A DNA stretch of 19,127 nucleotides from Azolla caroliniana (lineage: Eukaryota > Plantae > Polypodiophyta), in contig JBHGNT010000616.1 in the NCBI GenBank assembly GCA_043228905.1, positions 1 to 19,127 on the forward strand. Direction: 5' to 3'. Shown piece after piece: positions 1-10,062 of this stretch. A program made the position numbers and the translations under genes. Under the pieces are notes generated by a model. The model was not told the origin of the DNA and did no database searches. It saw only the letters and a program-made list of their open reading frames with translations. The stretch's first letter is position 1; the number at the start of each line of letters is the position of its first letter.

Positions 1-98
1 ATGTTTTTGGAGGAAATTTTGACTTTATACAGCAACCCAAATAGTTACGGAAGTTGATTGTCTATTATATTAATATATTTATTAATCTACTGAACCAG

Positions 99-1841
99 AA
101 ACCAAAAGATGTTGAGTTGAAACAAGAATTAATGAAGCTACAAGGTCAACTAACAAATGAGGAGAGAAGGAAAGAAAAAGCATTATATAACCTAGATCAA
201 GCTAAAAAGCTGTTACAGCATTTGGTGGAAAAGAAAACAATTGATTTAAATAGTGTCTCTGATGGATATGTAAAAGAGTGTTCTACAGTTGTTGAGAATG
301 AAGATAATCATGAGCAGCCTGGTATTGAGGCAGAGGAAAAACAGGGGAAAGGTAACGAGCTGGAAATTTCCACACAAAAGCTTAGAGAACTGAAAACAGA
401 GTTGCTTGCTACTGTGAAGGAAAGAGATGCTGCTTTGGAAGAGAGAGAAAAAACCTTAACTTCTATTAGGATTAAAATGGAAGAAACTGAAGCGCTTAAG
501 CAAGAGGTAGCAAGTATGAATGAATCGCTAGTTTTATTGAAGCTTGCTTGTATAGAGGCAAACAGAGATAAGGTTTCTCTTTTGGGAAGTAATATTGGAA
601 CAGGTGATGAATTAGAACTAGCAAATGAGGAGCTTAGAAAAGCAGAGATGGAACATATGCTTGTTGAAGCGATGAAGGAGATTGGAGAAATTCAAACAGA
701 GCTAGCAAATAAAAGAGAAGATGAAGCAAAGGCAAAAGATGCTATAAGAGCGTTGGACACGTTAAGGTCGGAGTTAGAAAGAACAAAAATAGCCAACGAA
801 AATGCATCTTCTTCTCTTCTGGCATTATCTGCTGAGCTTGAAGAGACCAAGACAAATCTCCAGAAAGAGCTTGATGGTATAAAGTCTCTGACCACTTTGC
901 AAGAATCACTGAAGAATGAATCAGAAACGAGGAAAGAAGAGTTAAAGCGTGTGAATGAAAGAGAGGTGAATTCCATAGCTGCAGCCTCGGTTTTGACTGG
1001 TGAACTAACAAAAATTAAAGATGAATTATCGATTGCATTAGCAGAAGAAGTTAGAGCAGTGGAGTCTATATCGACTTTATCACAAGCGTTTGAGCAAGTC
1101 AAAGAAGAATCTTTAGAAGCTAAATCAGAAGCTGAGTCTTTTTCCGATGTAGCAATGAAAGCTAAGAAGGAAGCAGAGCAAGCTAAATCTATGCGAGAAA
1201 ACATTGAGAGTTTGCTGAAGCAAACTCTGCAGGAAAGTGAGATAGCCAAATCAGCTGAAAAGGCAGCGGTTTGTCGAGTCAAGTCTTTGTCACTGAAGAC
1301 TTTCAAGTCAAGAGAATCTGGGGTTGAATCTGGAGCTGGAATAACTATATCTCAAGATGAGTATGATTCATTGAAAAGGAAAGTGAGGGATGCTGAAGAG
1401 CTTTCGCAAATGCGAGTAGATGCAGCAATGGCACAGATCGACGCTGTTAGAACGAGCGAAGAAGAAATAGTGACCAAACTAGCAACCGCAAAGGAAGATA
1501 TAGAGAACATAAGAAATACTATTAAAGACACATTGCGCCGAGTTGAGATGGATAAGGCCGCACAGGGAGCGGTGGAAAACGAGTTAAAACGATTGAGAGA
1601 GAAAGAACAGAAATCGACGGAGAAGGAGAAGATGGGCATGGCTTCTCAGCAACTTTTCCTGAGAAATGAAGATGAGGGTAGGCCATCTTTATCCTCCCAG
1701 TCACCCTTGGTTAGTCCTCAAAAGCTGGGTAGTAATGATGAACTTGTTGAGAAGAAGAGGAAGAAGAAGCTGTCGTTACTTAAGTCTATTGTGGCTTTTA
1801 TTTCAGGAGGAAAAGGTTTTTCATCATCAAAACTTCCTTGA
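99..1841 (+). CDS. WEB family (WEB1/PMI2-related, WEMBL/DUF827-type) coiled-coil protein; large terminal exon, 5'-partial
   Basis: The open frame encodes an E/K/A/L-rich coiled coil. ITISQDEYDSLKRKVRDAEELSQMRVDAAMAQIDAVRTSE resembles the WEB-family 'ITIS.EEY..L..K...AEE.A..RV.AA.AQI' block. The C-terminal basic KKRKKK..L..IVAFIS tail is also typical. Bases 54-98 are AT-rich intron-like sequence ending in a CAG acceptor (AG at 97-98), so the exon starts at 99 in phase 0. Stop TGA at 1839-1841. Confidence 0.85.
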   Translation, partial: KPKDVELKQELMKLQGQLTNEERRKEKALYNLDQAKKLLQHLVEKKTIDLNSVSDGYVKECSTVVENEDNHEQPGIEAEEKQGKGNELEISTQKLRELKTELLATVKERDAALEEREKTLTSIRIKMEETEALKQEVASMNESLVLLKLACIEANRDKVSLLGSNIGTGDELELANEELRKAEMEHMLVEAMKEIGEIQTELANKREDEAKAKDAIRALDTLRSELERTKIANENASSSLLALSAELEETKTNLQKELDGIKSLTTLQESLKNESETRKEELKRVNEREVNSIAAASVLTGELTKIKDELSIALAEEVRAVESISTLSQAFEQVKEESLEAKSEAESFSDVAMKAKKEAEQAKSMRENIESLLKQTLQESEIAKSAEKAAVCRVKSLSLKTFKSRESGVESGAGITISQDEYDSLKRKVRDAEELSQMRVDAAMAQIDAVRTSEEEIVTKLATAKEDIENIRNTIKDTLRRVEMDKAAQGAVENELKRLREKEQKSTEKEKMGMASQQLFLRNEDEGRPSLSSQSPLVSPQKLGSNDELVEKKRKKKLSLLKSIVAFISGGKGFSSSKLP

Positions 1842-3300
1842 AATCTTAGCATGTAATTTGTATTGCTACCCTTCAACACTCTGCATGTATATCTTCATGT
1901 TGTATACTATTCTTGAAGTTTTTGAATTCCAGATTCATTCTTTTTTGTTGAAAGTGGAGAAAACTGGTCAATGGATTACAATGAGCATCATCTGATTTCT
2001 TGAGGCACAACATGTTGATATAAAGAGTTCAAGGTATTTGCACCGATATTAAGTTTGTTGTGTAAACCTTGAGGGCAATTAGCTTTGACCGATTTTAATC
2101 CATGAAAATAGTAGAGCCACAATTCAATTTCCTTTTTGTATTCTCCCATCAAATAAATTCTTGATATCCCAATGCCCATATAAAACTTAACATGTAGATA
2201 TGTAATATATACCTGTATATATGTAATGTAAGTAGGTATCTATATGTGCGTTTTTAGATGGAGATAATCTCCCCGCCATGGGCGTTATGAATAGAATCTG
2301 AAAGATACCTCACACAGAATATTCTATTTAATTTTATCCTCTTGATTGCAAGTTGTTTTATTCTACGATTTATTACTGTGTATATATCTGCAAATATGCT
2401 AAAGAACCAAGGAAGGCTGGCTGGCTGGCACACAACGAAATCTAGTCTTGTGTTTAAAAGAAAGAATTGAGTCTAATAGTTCGATCCAGTTAGTTCTTGG
2501 ACTCGAGAGACTTGGATAATCAGAAATCATTGATCGTTTGTGTGGATCTGTATGTTTGGTTTGTGATATTTAGATTAAGTCAACTATTGCTTTTTACCAG
2601 GCATGGTGACAATGAGCAGTGTTAGATGTAATTTTGCCATAAGAGGATTGATTAAAAAGCACAATGCTGTAGCATAATTTTGTAATGGAAACTGTATCGA
2701 ACGAAGGAAGATATGGTGTGTTCAGACGATCTCATCCCCCAACATATAAGATGACAAGGGCAAATCTCATTACTTCTGAAATCTGATCTTTATGATGGTT
2801 TATTTTGTGAAGAGCTTTAATTCAAACACAAAATCAAGGGGATAAAGGAAAGGGCAAATGACCTAAATATGGCATATGCAAAGCCATCTTTTGGATTAAA
2901 AACCGTATGGTTGTTTGTTTGTTAAAGTCACAATTAAAGACATCAAATAGTAGAACCATGGGGAGTATATATTGTTCAACTATCCTAATGATCATAATGA
3001 AGCATTATATATATATATATTATTTTTTCCCCAAAAATAAGCAGCTTAATCCACTTAATACTTTGATTAATTTTAGCATCCATTTGAAAACCGTTCTAAT
3101 AAAGGGGATTTGAACCCGCTCCCGCTAATTGGTGAGCCTGTTAGTAAATAGCATGTAATTAGATGAATCAAATGAATGCATAAATAGTTAGATAAAATCA
3201 GATAATAAATAGATTATATATTTATGAATCAGAAAACTGATGCTTTAAGAGGAAACAGGGGCGTGAAAAAAAAGCAAAAGAAAAAAATATTAGAACAAAA

Positions 3301-3335
3301 TAAATAAATAAATAAGTATATATATATATATATAT
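3301..3335. repeat. (TAAA)n + (TA)9 microsatellite
   Basis: Directly visible simple repeats. Confidence 0.9.
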
Positions 3336-3506
3336 GAACCAAATTCATAGCTTGATGCTTTTTTTTTCTCTCTTGCTTTGGTTTTGTTGCTTTTTTCTTC
3401 TTCCAGCTTTTTGCATGCTACCCAATAATATGAAATCACAAACGCATAAACACTCACTCAATGATACATCCGCACGGTATGTCCTTCAGAACCGAGGAAA
3501 ACAAGG

Positions 3507-3532
3507 TCTCTCTCTCTCTCTCTCTCTCTCTC
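3507..3532. repeat. (TC)13 microsatellite
   Basis: Directly visible perfect dinucleotide run. Confidence 0.95.
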
Positions 3533-4007
3533 GCAAGTCAGTTAACTAATAACTATGAAGACCAAACCAATGGAAAAGAGAGGGATTTCACATTTGTTAA
3601 GTAATCTGTATGTAATGAATGCCCTTATTGAGTTAAGGTCTATCCCATGGCCAAATGCATAGTTATAATTAAGGGTAGAGGATCGTTTCTAAATTGACCC
3701 TCATCCATCATGAAAGAGGACATACATACCGATAACCCCATATGTGTGTGAACATGCATACTCCCATAGTAGCTCATGGTTGATTCTCATGTATTGAAAT
3801 ACACACACATAGGTGTAACTTGTAAGGTATAGATATGTTTAGCGTCTATGAAGGGGATGATTCCTTCATACAAGTTGGCAAAGATTCGAAATTTGCACCC
3901 CTTGCAAAATAGATGAGATGTTCATGTGTTTTAACTCCCTATATCCCCTTGAACCGTCAAGTAAATTCTACTTGTGGGGCTTTTGAACCTGGTATGTCAT
4001 GGGCGAG

Positions 4008-4015
4008 TATAAATA
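4008..4015 (+). promoter_or_regulatory. Candidate TATA box of the thioredoxin-like gene
   Basis: Canonical TATAAATA about 240 nt upstream of ATG 4252. A branch-like CTTAAC (4214-4219) and CAG (4230-4232) just before the ATG suggest a 5'UTR intron in between. Confidence 0.35.
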
Positions 4016-4251
4016 TGCCTCACTATTAGGTAGACTTAATAGAAGAGAATTACCATCCTACATAAAAACAGGAGGAAATTAGGAATGTTTGAGACAATCT
4101 CCCTTTTATGTGCGGTGTACATAAATAAGCTTATGGATGTGTGCAACTTTACGTGTATATGTTTGGGCGTGTGAGCGTGCATGTGTTTTGATAGAGACCA
4201 TGGTAGACATATGCTTAACAATTCCATTTCAGGCTTTTGTAGGTGAGCTAG

Positions 4252-4422
4252 ATGCCAAATACAATGAACGGAGATGAGGATACTCGATGTGATCTTCCCA
4301 AGCCTAAGAAACCTAAGAGCAAAGAAAACAAGGAGAAAGAGGCCATTGTCATTAGGGAAGACAATGTTTACCCCGTGCTCTCGTGTGAACAATGGAAGAA
4401 GGAGCTTTTAGAAAACCAATAT
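4252..4422 (+). CDS. Thioredoxin h/CXXS-like protein, coding exon 1 of 3
   Basis: ATG at 4252, 57 codons (MPNTMNG...VYPVLSCEQWKKELLENQY), then a GTAAGT donor at 4423. 'V..V.S.EQW' matches the start of the Trx-h fold. Confidence 0.8.
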
Positions 4423-4899
4423 GTAAGTGCTCTTGTAGCATATTAAGTACGTACATTCAAATTGTTTTGAAAGGAAAGGGTGTGAAAGTATATTATTAAG
4501 TGGATAAGATACCTTGCCTTTTGTCAATTTGAAACTTGATTTTAATGAATGGAGACAAGAGACTGGCAAGTTCCAAATAAACAACTCTCTTGCATCGGAC
4601 ATATTAGAAACAATTATTCCTTATGAGTGTCTACTTCGTCATCTCTAATTTAATAATCCTTCAAGATCTCTTAGTGGGGTTTCCCGGTTTAGTCTATCAT
4701 ATATCCCACCTTTAAACATCCCCTTGGTTTAGACACTCCTAATGCAAAGACCGAAGTGTAGTAACATCCAATGATGATGTCAAATGACCATACACTTCGT
4801 AAATACTTATGCATGCACCCACATATATTCATCTCTCATGATCATCCCAAACATTGTATTCTTTTTGCTAACCCTTCCATTTCCTTTCCTTTCTCCAAG

Positions 4900-5028
4900 G
4901 TTGTTGCTTTTTGCACAGGAAAATGGTGTGGCCCTGCGAGAGCGATTAACACATTTGTAAATACAAGCTCTAAATATTACACATCTCTAAAATTTCTCAA
5001 GTTAGAATATCAACTAGAGCAGCTCATG
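4900..5028 (+). CDS. Thioredoxin h/CXXS-like protein, coding exon 2 of 3 (WCGPA active site)
   Basis: Branch GCTAAC (4867-4872), a polypyrimidine tract and an AAG acceptor at 4897-4899. Encodes VVAFCTGKWCGPARAINTFVNTSSKYYTSLKFLKLEYQLEQLM. GTAAGT donor at 5029. Phase 0/0, as in plant Trx-h genes. Confidence 0.9.
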
Positions 5029-5166
5029 GTAAGTTATTAACGTCTAAGCCAAGTTTGCATACAATTAATGATTCTAAGTGGACTTTCAACTATAGCTAGT
5101 TATTAGAAATCATTATGCTTTCAACTAATGTGATTAACTACTAATCAAGTTTTCCTATGTTTGTAG

Positions 5167-5319
5167 GACTTATTCAAAGAGTTGGGGGTCCACGCATTAC
5201 CCACTTTTATATTTTTCTGTAATGGAACTCTTGTTGAAAAAATTGTTGGAAGTTTTCCATTAGAACTTGATAGTCGACTTCAATATTATGAGGTTTTAGC
5301 AAGTTCTTTTGCAACATGA
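5167..5319 (+). CDS. Thioredoxin h/CXXS-like protein, coding exon 3 of 3
   Basis: TAG acceptor at 5164-5166. Encodes DLFKELGVHALPTFIFFCNGTLVEKIVGSFPLELDSRLQYYEVLASSFAT*, with the cis-Pro 'ALPTF' and 'K.VG' Trx motifs. Not in the ORF track because it has no Met. Confidence 0.9.
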   Translation, partial: DLFKELGVHALPTFIFFCNGTLVEKIVGSFPLELDSRLQYYEVLASSFAT

Positions 5320-5907
5320 CCAAAAATGAGAAAATGATAATTTTCAACTCATGTATATGTAGTTACTCTACTTAGGATGTGAACTAAATAAATCCTCTTA
5401 AAGTTTTATCCATATGTGAAATACTTCCTTCTTACTTACTATGTTGTGTGGATTTAGAAGTCATATGTATACCTTGGTATTTTCTATTGATCATAATGCA
5501 ATAGAAAATAGGTCATGAAAATTGTTATTGCATGACATTGTCGTTTGCACTCACATTAAATTACAACAATAGGTAGGTAGAGGCAATCAATAAAGACTTT
5601 TATACAAATCTGGTTGATCATTTGATCTTTTGTTAGTCTTATATTAATCTTCAATAAACATGCATGGACGGTGTAACACGTCACCCATCGAAAGGGGTTC
5701 TAAGTTGGGTGCTTAGATATGAAGTTTATTTACAAACTTCAGAGATAAGATCGAATGTTTTAAACTTAGAACTCCAATGAGCCTAAACTAAATGCAAGTG
5801 GAGAGGAGATGGTTAAGCAACATATTTGAGTTTCAAAATTTGAAGGGTTGAGGACATTGGGATTAGACTCTTAGGTTGAGGAGAGTGACAATATTTGGTC
5901 GCAATTC

Positions 5908-5932
5908 GGGGGGTTTAGGGTTAGGGTTTAGG
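5908..5932 (+). repeat. Short interstitial telomere-like tract
   Basis: GGGGGG-TTTAGGG-TTAGGG-TTTAGG. Confidence 0.6.
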
Positions 5933-7312
5933 AAACTAGTCTCTTATCTCTAGGCCGTAATGAATTGAAGAAGATAAGGTAATGAGGATGAGGATGGAGA
6001 AAGAAGTACTTATAACATAACAAAGAATAGAAATTAGAAACTTATTGATTAAACAAACAAGCTAATTAACATAACATTAAAAATAAACTAAAAGTAATCA
6101 AGAAGATGATGGAAGAGAAAGACAAACAACCAAAATGCAAGTAACTTTATCGGGGCAACTAATCAAGATCCAAATCTACTCTACAAGGTTTTTTATGAAA
6201 AATACTAGGAAGTTCTTCGAAAATATGGATAACATGTGACCACTATTGCAGGGGATGCATGGATTGTAGAAGGGTCAAGATTCCAATTTCACAAGAGTTT
6301 CAACAACTGAATTTGCCCAAACTTGTCCGGCATAGTGTCTATATGGTTGGTGAGGGGAGACCATGTATTGTATTAAGGTTAAACTTATCTCACCCTTCCC
6401 AACTTTGTACTAGTTGCAATCTTACTACAAGACTATGCATATTAATATGGATACTTTCACTAACTTAGGACATTGTCATAGTCTGAACAGCAATAAGCTC
6501 ATAAACTTAGGGTATTGTCATATTCTGAAGTTCTCTGAACAGCAACCTGGCCACATTACATCTATGCAACAAATAGAAGACAAGTTTGTCCGATCAAATC
6601 CTTATATTAGAAAGATGCTGAAGGACATTCCTTCAATCTGAATGCGTCCATTAAAGATGACACACAACATATCTGTTCAAATAATGACATTTCCTATTAT
6701 GTTTTTTCTACCTTCAAGATTCCACATTTACCTTAGCACATTGACACCCTATCTCCAAAACATCATACCATCAGTTAACCAAACAATTTGTTCCAACATG
6801 TTTTTGACCCAACAAATGAAACTACATAAAAAAAATGCAACAAGCAATAATGAACTTTCAAAAACAGATAAAAGGCACATCTGATGTATTGAGACAAATC
6901 TACAATGCCCATTTGGAAATGAATTTATTTACAATAGTTTCTCTTGGGCATTGATCAGCATGAGATTCTGGCACCATTCTGTTACAGATGATACCCAGCC
7001 TACGAAAGATAAGAAATGTAAAGAATGATAGTCCAATGAATCAAGAACCTCTGAGAGCCAGTGAATAGTCCAATAACTAAATGAGACCCAATCAACAGAA
7101 TTAGATGAAGATTAATCCACGTCTCATACCTATATTCAAACCCATTACTAAAGTGACCCTCTAATATTGCCAAGCTACGAAATTCAAGGGGTTTGAATGT
7201 ATATTAATTGGCCCCTACCCAATGCTGCCTATGTCAATGGAGTAACAAATGTGCCAATCAATGTTGCCAACAGTTCAATGATGTTGTAGAATAACAAATA
7301 TGCCGCTCTTCA

Positions 7313-7630
7313 TCATGGATTACTGCAAGTACGATCAAACTGCATCAAATTGTTTGTGCTAGTATTTGAGTTTGAATGCAAGTTGCTCTTTGTCTTTTTT
7401 GGGGTGCTCGTGTTCACATCATTCCCACATCCAAAGAAATGGTTCTGTGCTTGAGCAAAGCTTTCTTCAGGAGATTCAAAGAAATGGAATGGGTTGGATG
7501 CGCCCCGTTTCTTGTCTGAAGTTGTACAGTTTGGAGGAGCAATGGAGTTGTCAAAAGCTGCCAAGTCTGCACTAAACATGCTTACAAATAACTTCTGTAG
7601 TTCTTCAAAGCTATTGCCCTTTCCAGAACC
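7313..7630 (-). CDS. Class III DnaJ (J-domain-only) protein, coding exon 5 of 5
   Basis: CAG acceptor at 7633-7631. Encodes GSGKGNSFEELQKLFVSMFSADLAAFD...RTCSNP*. The 'SFEELQ.LF..MF' block is typical of this small plant J-protein family. Stop at 7315-7313. Confidence 0.88.
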   Translation of the reverse strand, partial: GSGKGNSFEELQKLFVSMFSADLAAFDNSIAPPNCTTSDKKRGASNPFHFFESPEESFAQAQNHFFGCGNDVNTSTPKKTKSNLHSNSNTSTNNLMQFDRTCSNP

Positions 7631-8608
7631 CTGTCAGATACAGAGGAAACCAGGAGTTATTTGAAAGCATTGATCCATTCAAATGTTGACAAATTCGATT
7701 GGAAGGCAAAAATGACCGTATCTTGCTTGAAAGATAAAAGTGATATCAAATCACAAAGCACATAATCTTATTCTTCATTATGGTATAATTTCAAAGAATG
7801 TTATTACATACATCCAATCAGATCATTACCCATTGAACCATGAATACATAATCCTGACCCAGAGAAGGTCATTCTAAAAAGGGAAACATTATCTTTATTT
7901 TGAAACTATACCACAGAAACATTATCTTGCTTTAAAAATATACATTCAATGTGGCACCATTTGAAAGCATATATATTATACAAATACATTCAATCAGATC
8001 ACCGCATATCTACCATGAATACATAATCCCAGCAATAACACTGCAACATTGCACAATTATCATATTTTCAAAAATATACCACAATAACACTGCACATTAA
8101 AATATCTTAGCACTTCGTGGAAGAACCCATGCATATGATATCATCTCATATTCTATGCAACCGGACAACAAAAAGCATATCCGTGTTCATGGGATCAGAT
8201 AAGTCTTAAATCTATACATTTGAAGTCCCAAGATACACTCAAAGCTAAAAGCTTTTTTGTTAACAGCATCTGTGACATGTAACAGTGTTCAATGGATGTC
8301 CGAAAACACAAACTCAATATATTACTTTGGACATAAGCATGAAAGGATCCAATAGCAAAAGAAAACAATAATCAGTAGAGCCCACAGAGCAAACTTATAG
8401 TGGATGGCATGCTTCAATTTTAGCCAAACCCTAAAATACCCATGTTAACCACCTACACATTCTATATTCATTCACCCATATTCAAATATCCTGAGTCAGC
8501 CATACACACGCTACTTGTAGCTACTGGTTTGAAGTTCTATGGCTTTTCTGATCAAGTTTTGGGATCCATAAGATAACTGAAAAGAATGTTGAAGACATAG
8601 TCTCTCAC

Positions 8609-8665
8609 CTCTGCTCGTACATCAGCCATCATAACTGACATCTCATTCATGAAGCTGCCAAAGCC
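8609..8665 (-). CDS. Class III DnaJ protein, coding exon 4 of 5
   Basis: CAG acceptor at 8668-8666, GTGAGA donor at 8608. Encodes GFGSFMNEMSVMMADVRAE (family 'G...F..EM..MM' motif). Confidence 0.9.
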
Positions 8666-8814
8666 CTGTTGAAATCAAAGGTTGGCTTAAAATATTTTAT
8701 CAATGATTTGGAATAATTGTAATTGAATCTGTAATTTCGTGGATTTTTAATCCAAATGTTGGAACGGTAGCTATTTGTGTCATAAATGTGGGTAAAAAAT
8801 AGACTAGGAACTAC

Positions 8815-8891
8815 CTCAACTTCTTCTTCAGCATCTTCTCGATCATATAAGCCACAGTCATAAAGCGCTTTTTTTGTCTCATCAGAAAGCA
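8815..8891 (-). CDS. Class III DnaJ protein, coding exon 3 of 5
   Basis: CAG acceptor at 8894-8892, GTAGTT donor at 8814. Encodes (V)LSDETKKALYDCGLYDREDAEEEVE, which is J-domain helix IV. Confidence 0.92.
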
Positions 8892-9152
8892 CTGCAGAAA
8901 AACCATAACCTCTAAATCAAATTGAAGCTTAGGATAAACCAATGGAGAAACACCAACATTCCCCTTCACTAGTTAGGTATTTACCAAAATACCCTTAAAA
9001 ATAACCCCCTCTATAACAGCAAATTCTGTACATCAACTAGGCATTACTGTAACTCATGAAACCCTAGGGATATTCTGGTAAACACCCAACATGTTCAGCA
9101 AATTCAATGTTCTCCATGAACCAAATGAATACAAAAAAAAGAAAGTACAAAC

Positions 9153-9234
9153 CTGCATAAGCTTCTTGAATTTCCTGAAATTTTATCTTTGCCACTGCAG
9201 AATCCTCAATGGCGCACTTGTCAGGATGCCACCT
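9153..9234 (-). CDS. Class III DnaJ protein, coding exon 2 of 5 (HPD motif)
   Basis: CAG acceptor at 9237-9235, GTTTGT donor at 9152. Encodes RWHPDKCAIEDSAVAKIKFQEIQEAYA and joins exon 3 in phase 1. Confidence 0.95.
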
Positions 9235-9951
9235 CTGGGAGAATAAGCATGATGCATACATCAGACTGTGTGGAAAATCAAACCAAATGTATGCGATGAA
9301 GGATGCGATTCTATTTGACTAGTCTTACCAGTTAAATCCTTCATAGTCCAACTCTAATAAAACAAAATTAGCATTCTGCTCATAGAAATTTTTAGTAATT
9401 TTTTATCGTAAAACCTGAATTGCATATATTTACATTGAAACAATATTGTGTAAGGCCCATGCTTTTGCGGGAATGCTATTATCTTATAATTTCTCTCCCC
9501 AAGTCCTCATAGTCAAACGCTACAAATATTTTGTGAAAATCTCTGAAATACCCGTAAGATAATACTCTCTGTTCCCCCAAATGCCAATAAGCTGCCATAA
9601 TTTCCTTACAGTGTTTCCCTGCCCTTATGCTCCATATTAAAACAAATCCTTCACAAAGGCCCATACATCCTATCCACAACAATAACCTTTACCCTGTATT
9701 TTCTATACACAATTTCGTATATTCCCCAACAGCAATTTTTACTGTATATTATATACATAAATCCTTCACAACAGCAAGTTTTACCCAACATTCCCAGTTC
9801 CAGAGTACATGAATACAAAGAGTAAGAAACTCAGAGAAATCCAACACACATGCTCAGAAAAAAAGACACCCTAATAGAAACATACATTAATCCAATGAAC
9901 CTTTAGCTAAGGAACACAACAGAAATTCAATCATAACAAAAAGATATTTAC

Positions 9952-10062
9952 CATAGCAAGCTTTCGGTAAGCACTTCTTATTGAAGAGGAAGAAGCGTTT
10001 CTACTTAAACCAAGAATTGCATAGTATTGTTTTGATGGCATCCGGCCTTCACCGGAAGCCAT
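9952..10062 (-). CDS. Class III DnaJ protein, coding exon 1 of 5
   Basis: aaaATGG start at 10062, with an in-frame upstream TAG at 10086-10084. Encodes MASGEGRMPSKQYYAILGLSRNASSSSIRSAYRKLAM. GTAAAT donor at 9951. The spliced product is 214 aa. Confidence 0.93.

Noticed and set aside
54-98. N-terminal MIVYYINIFINLLNQ of the 595-aa ORF
   Set aside because: It starts at TTG in AT-rich intron sequence ending in a CAG acceptor. The real N-terminus is on upstream exons outside the window.
692-1704. Minus-strand ORFs of 204, 89, 95 and 60 aa
   Set aside because: These are antisense shadows of the E/K-rich WEB exon, with S/L/F-rich composition and no motif.
6259-6884. Three abutting short + strand ORFs
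   Set aside because: They have no recognisable domain or coding-like composition and are consistent with chance ORFs between convergent 3' ends.
5672-6986. TGTAACA...TGTTACA as termini of a solo LTR
   Set aside because: The flanks (GACGG vs GATGA) do not form a target-site duplication, and a 7-bp match is expected by chance.
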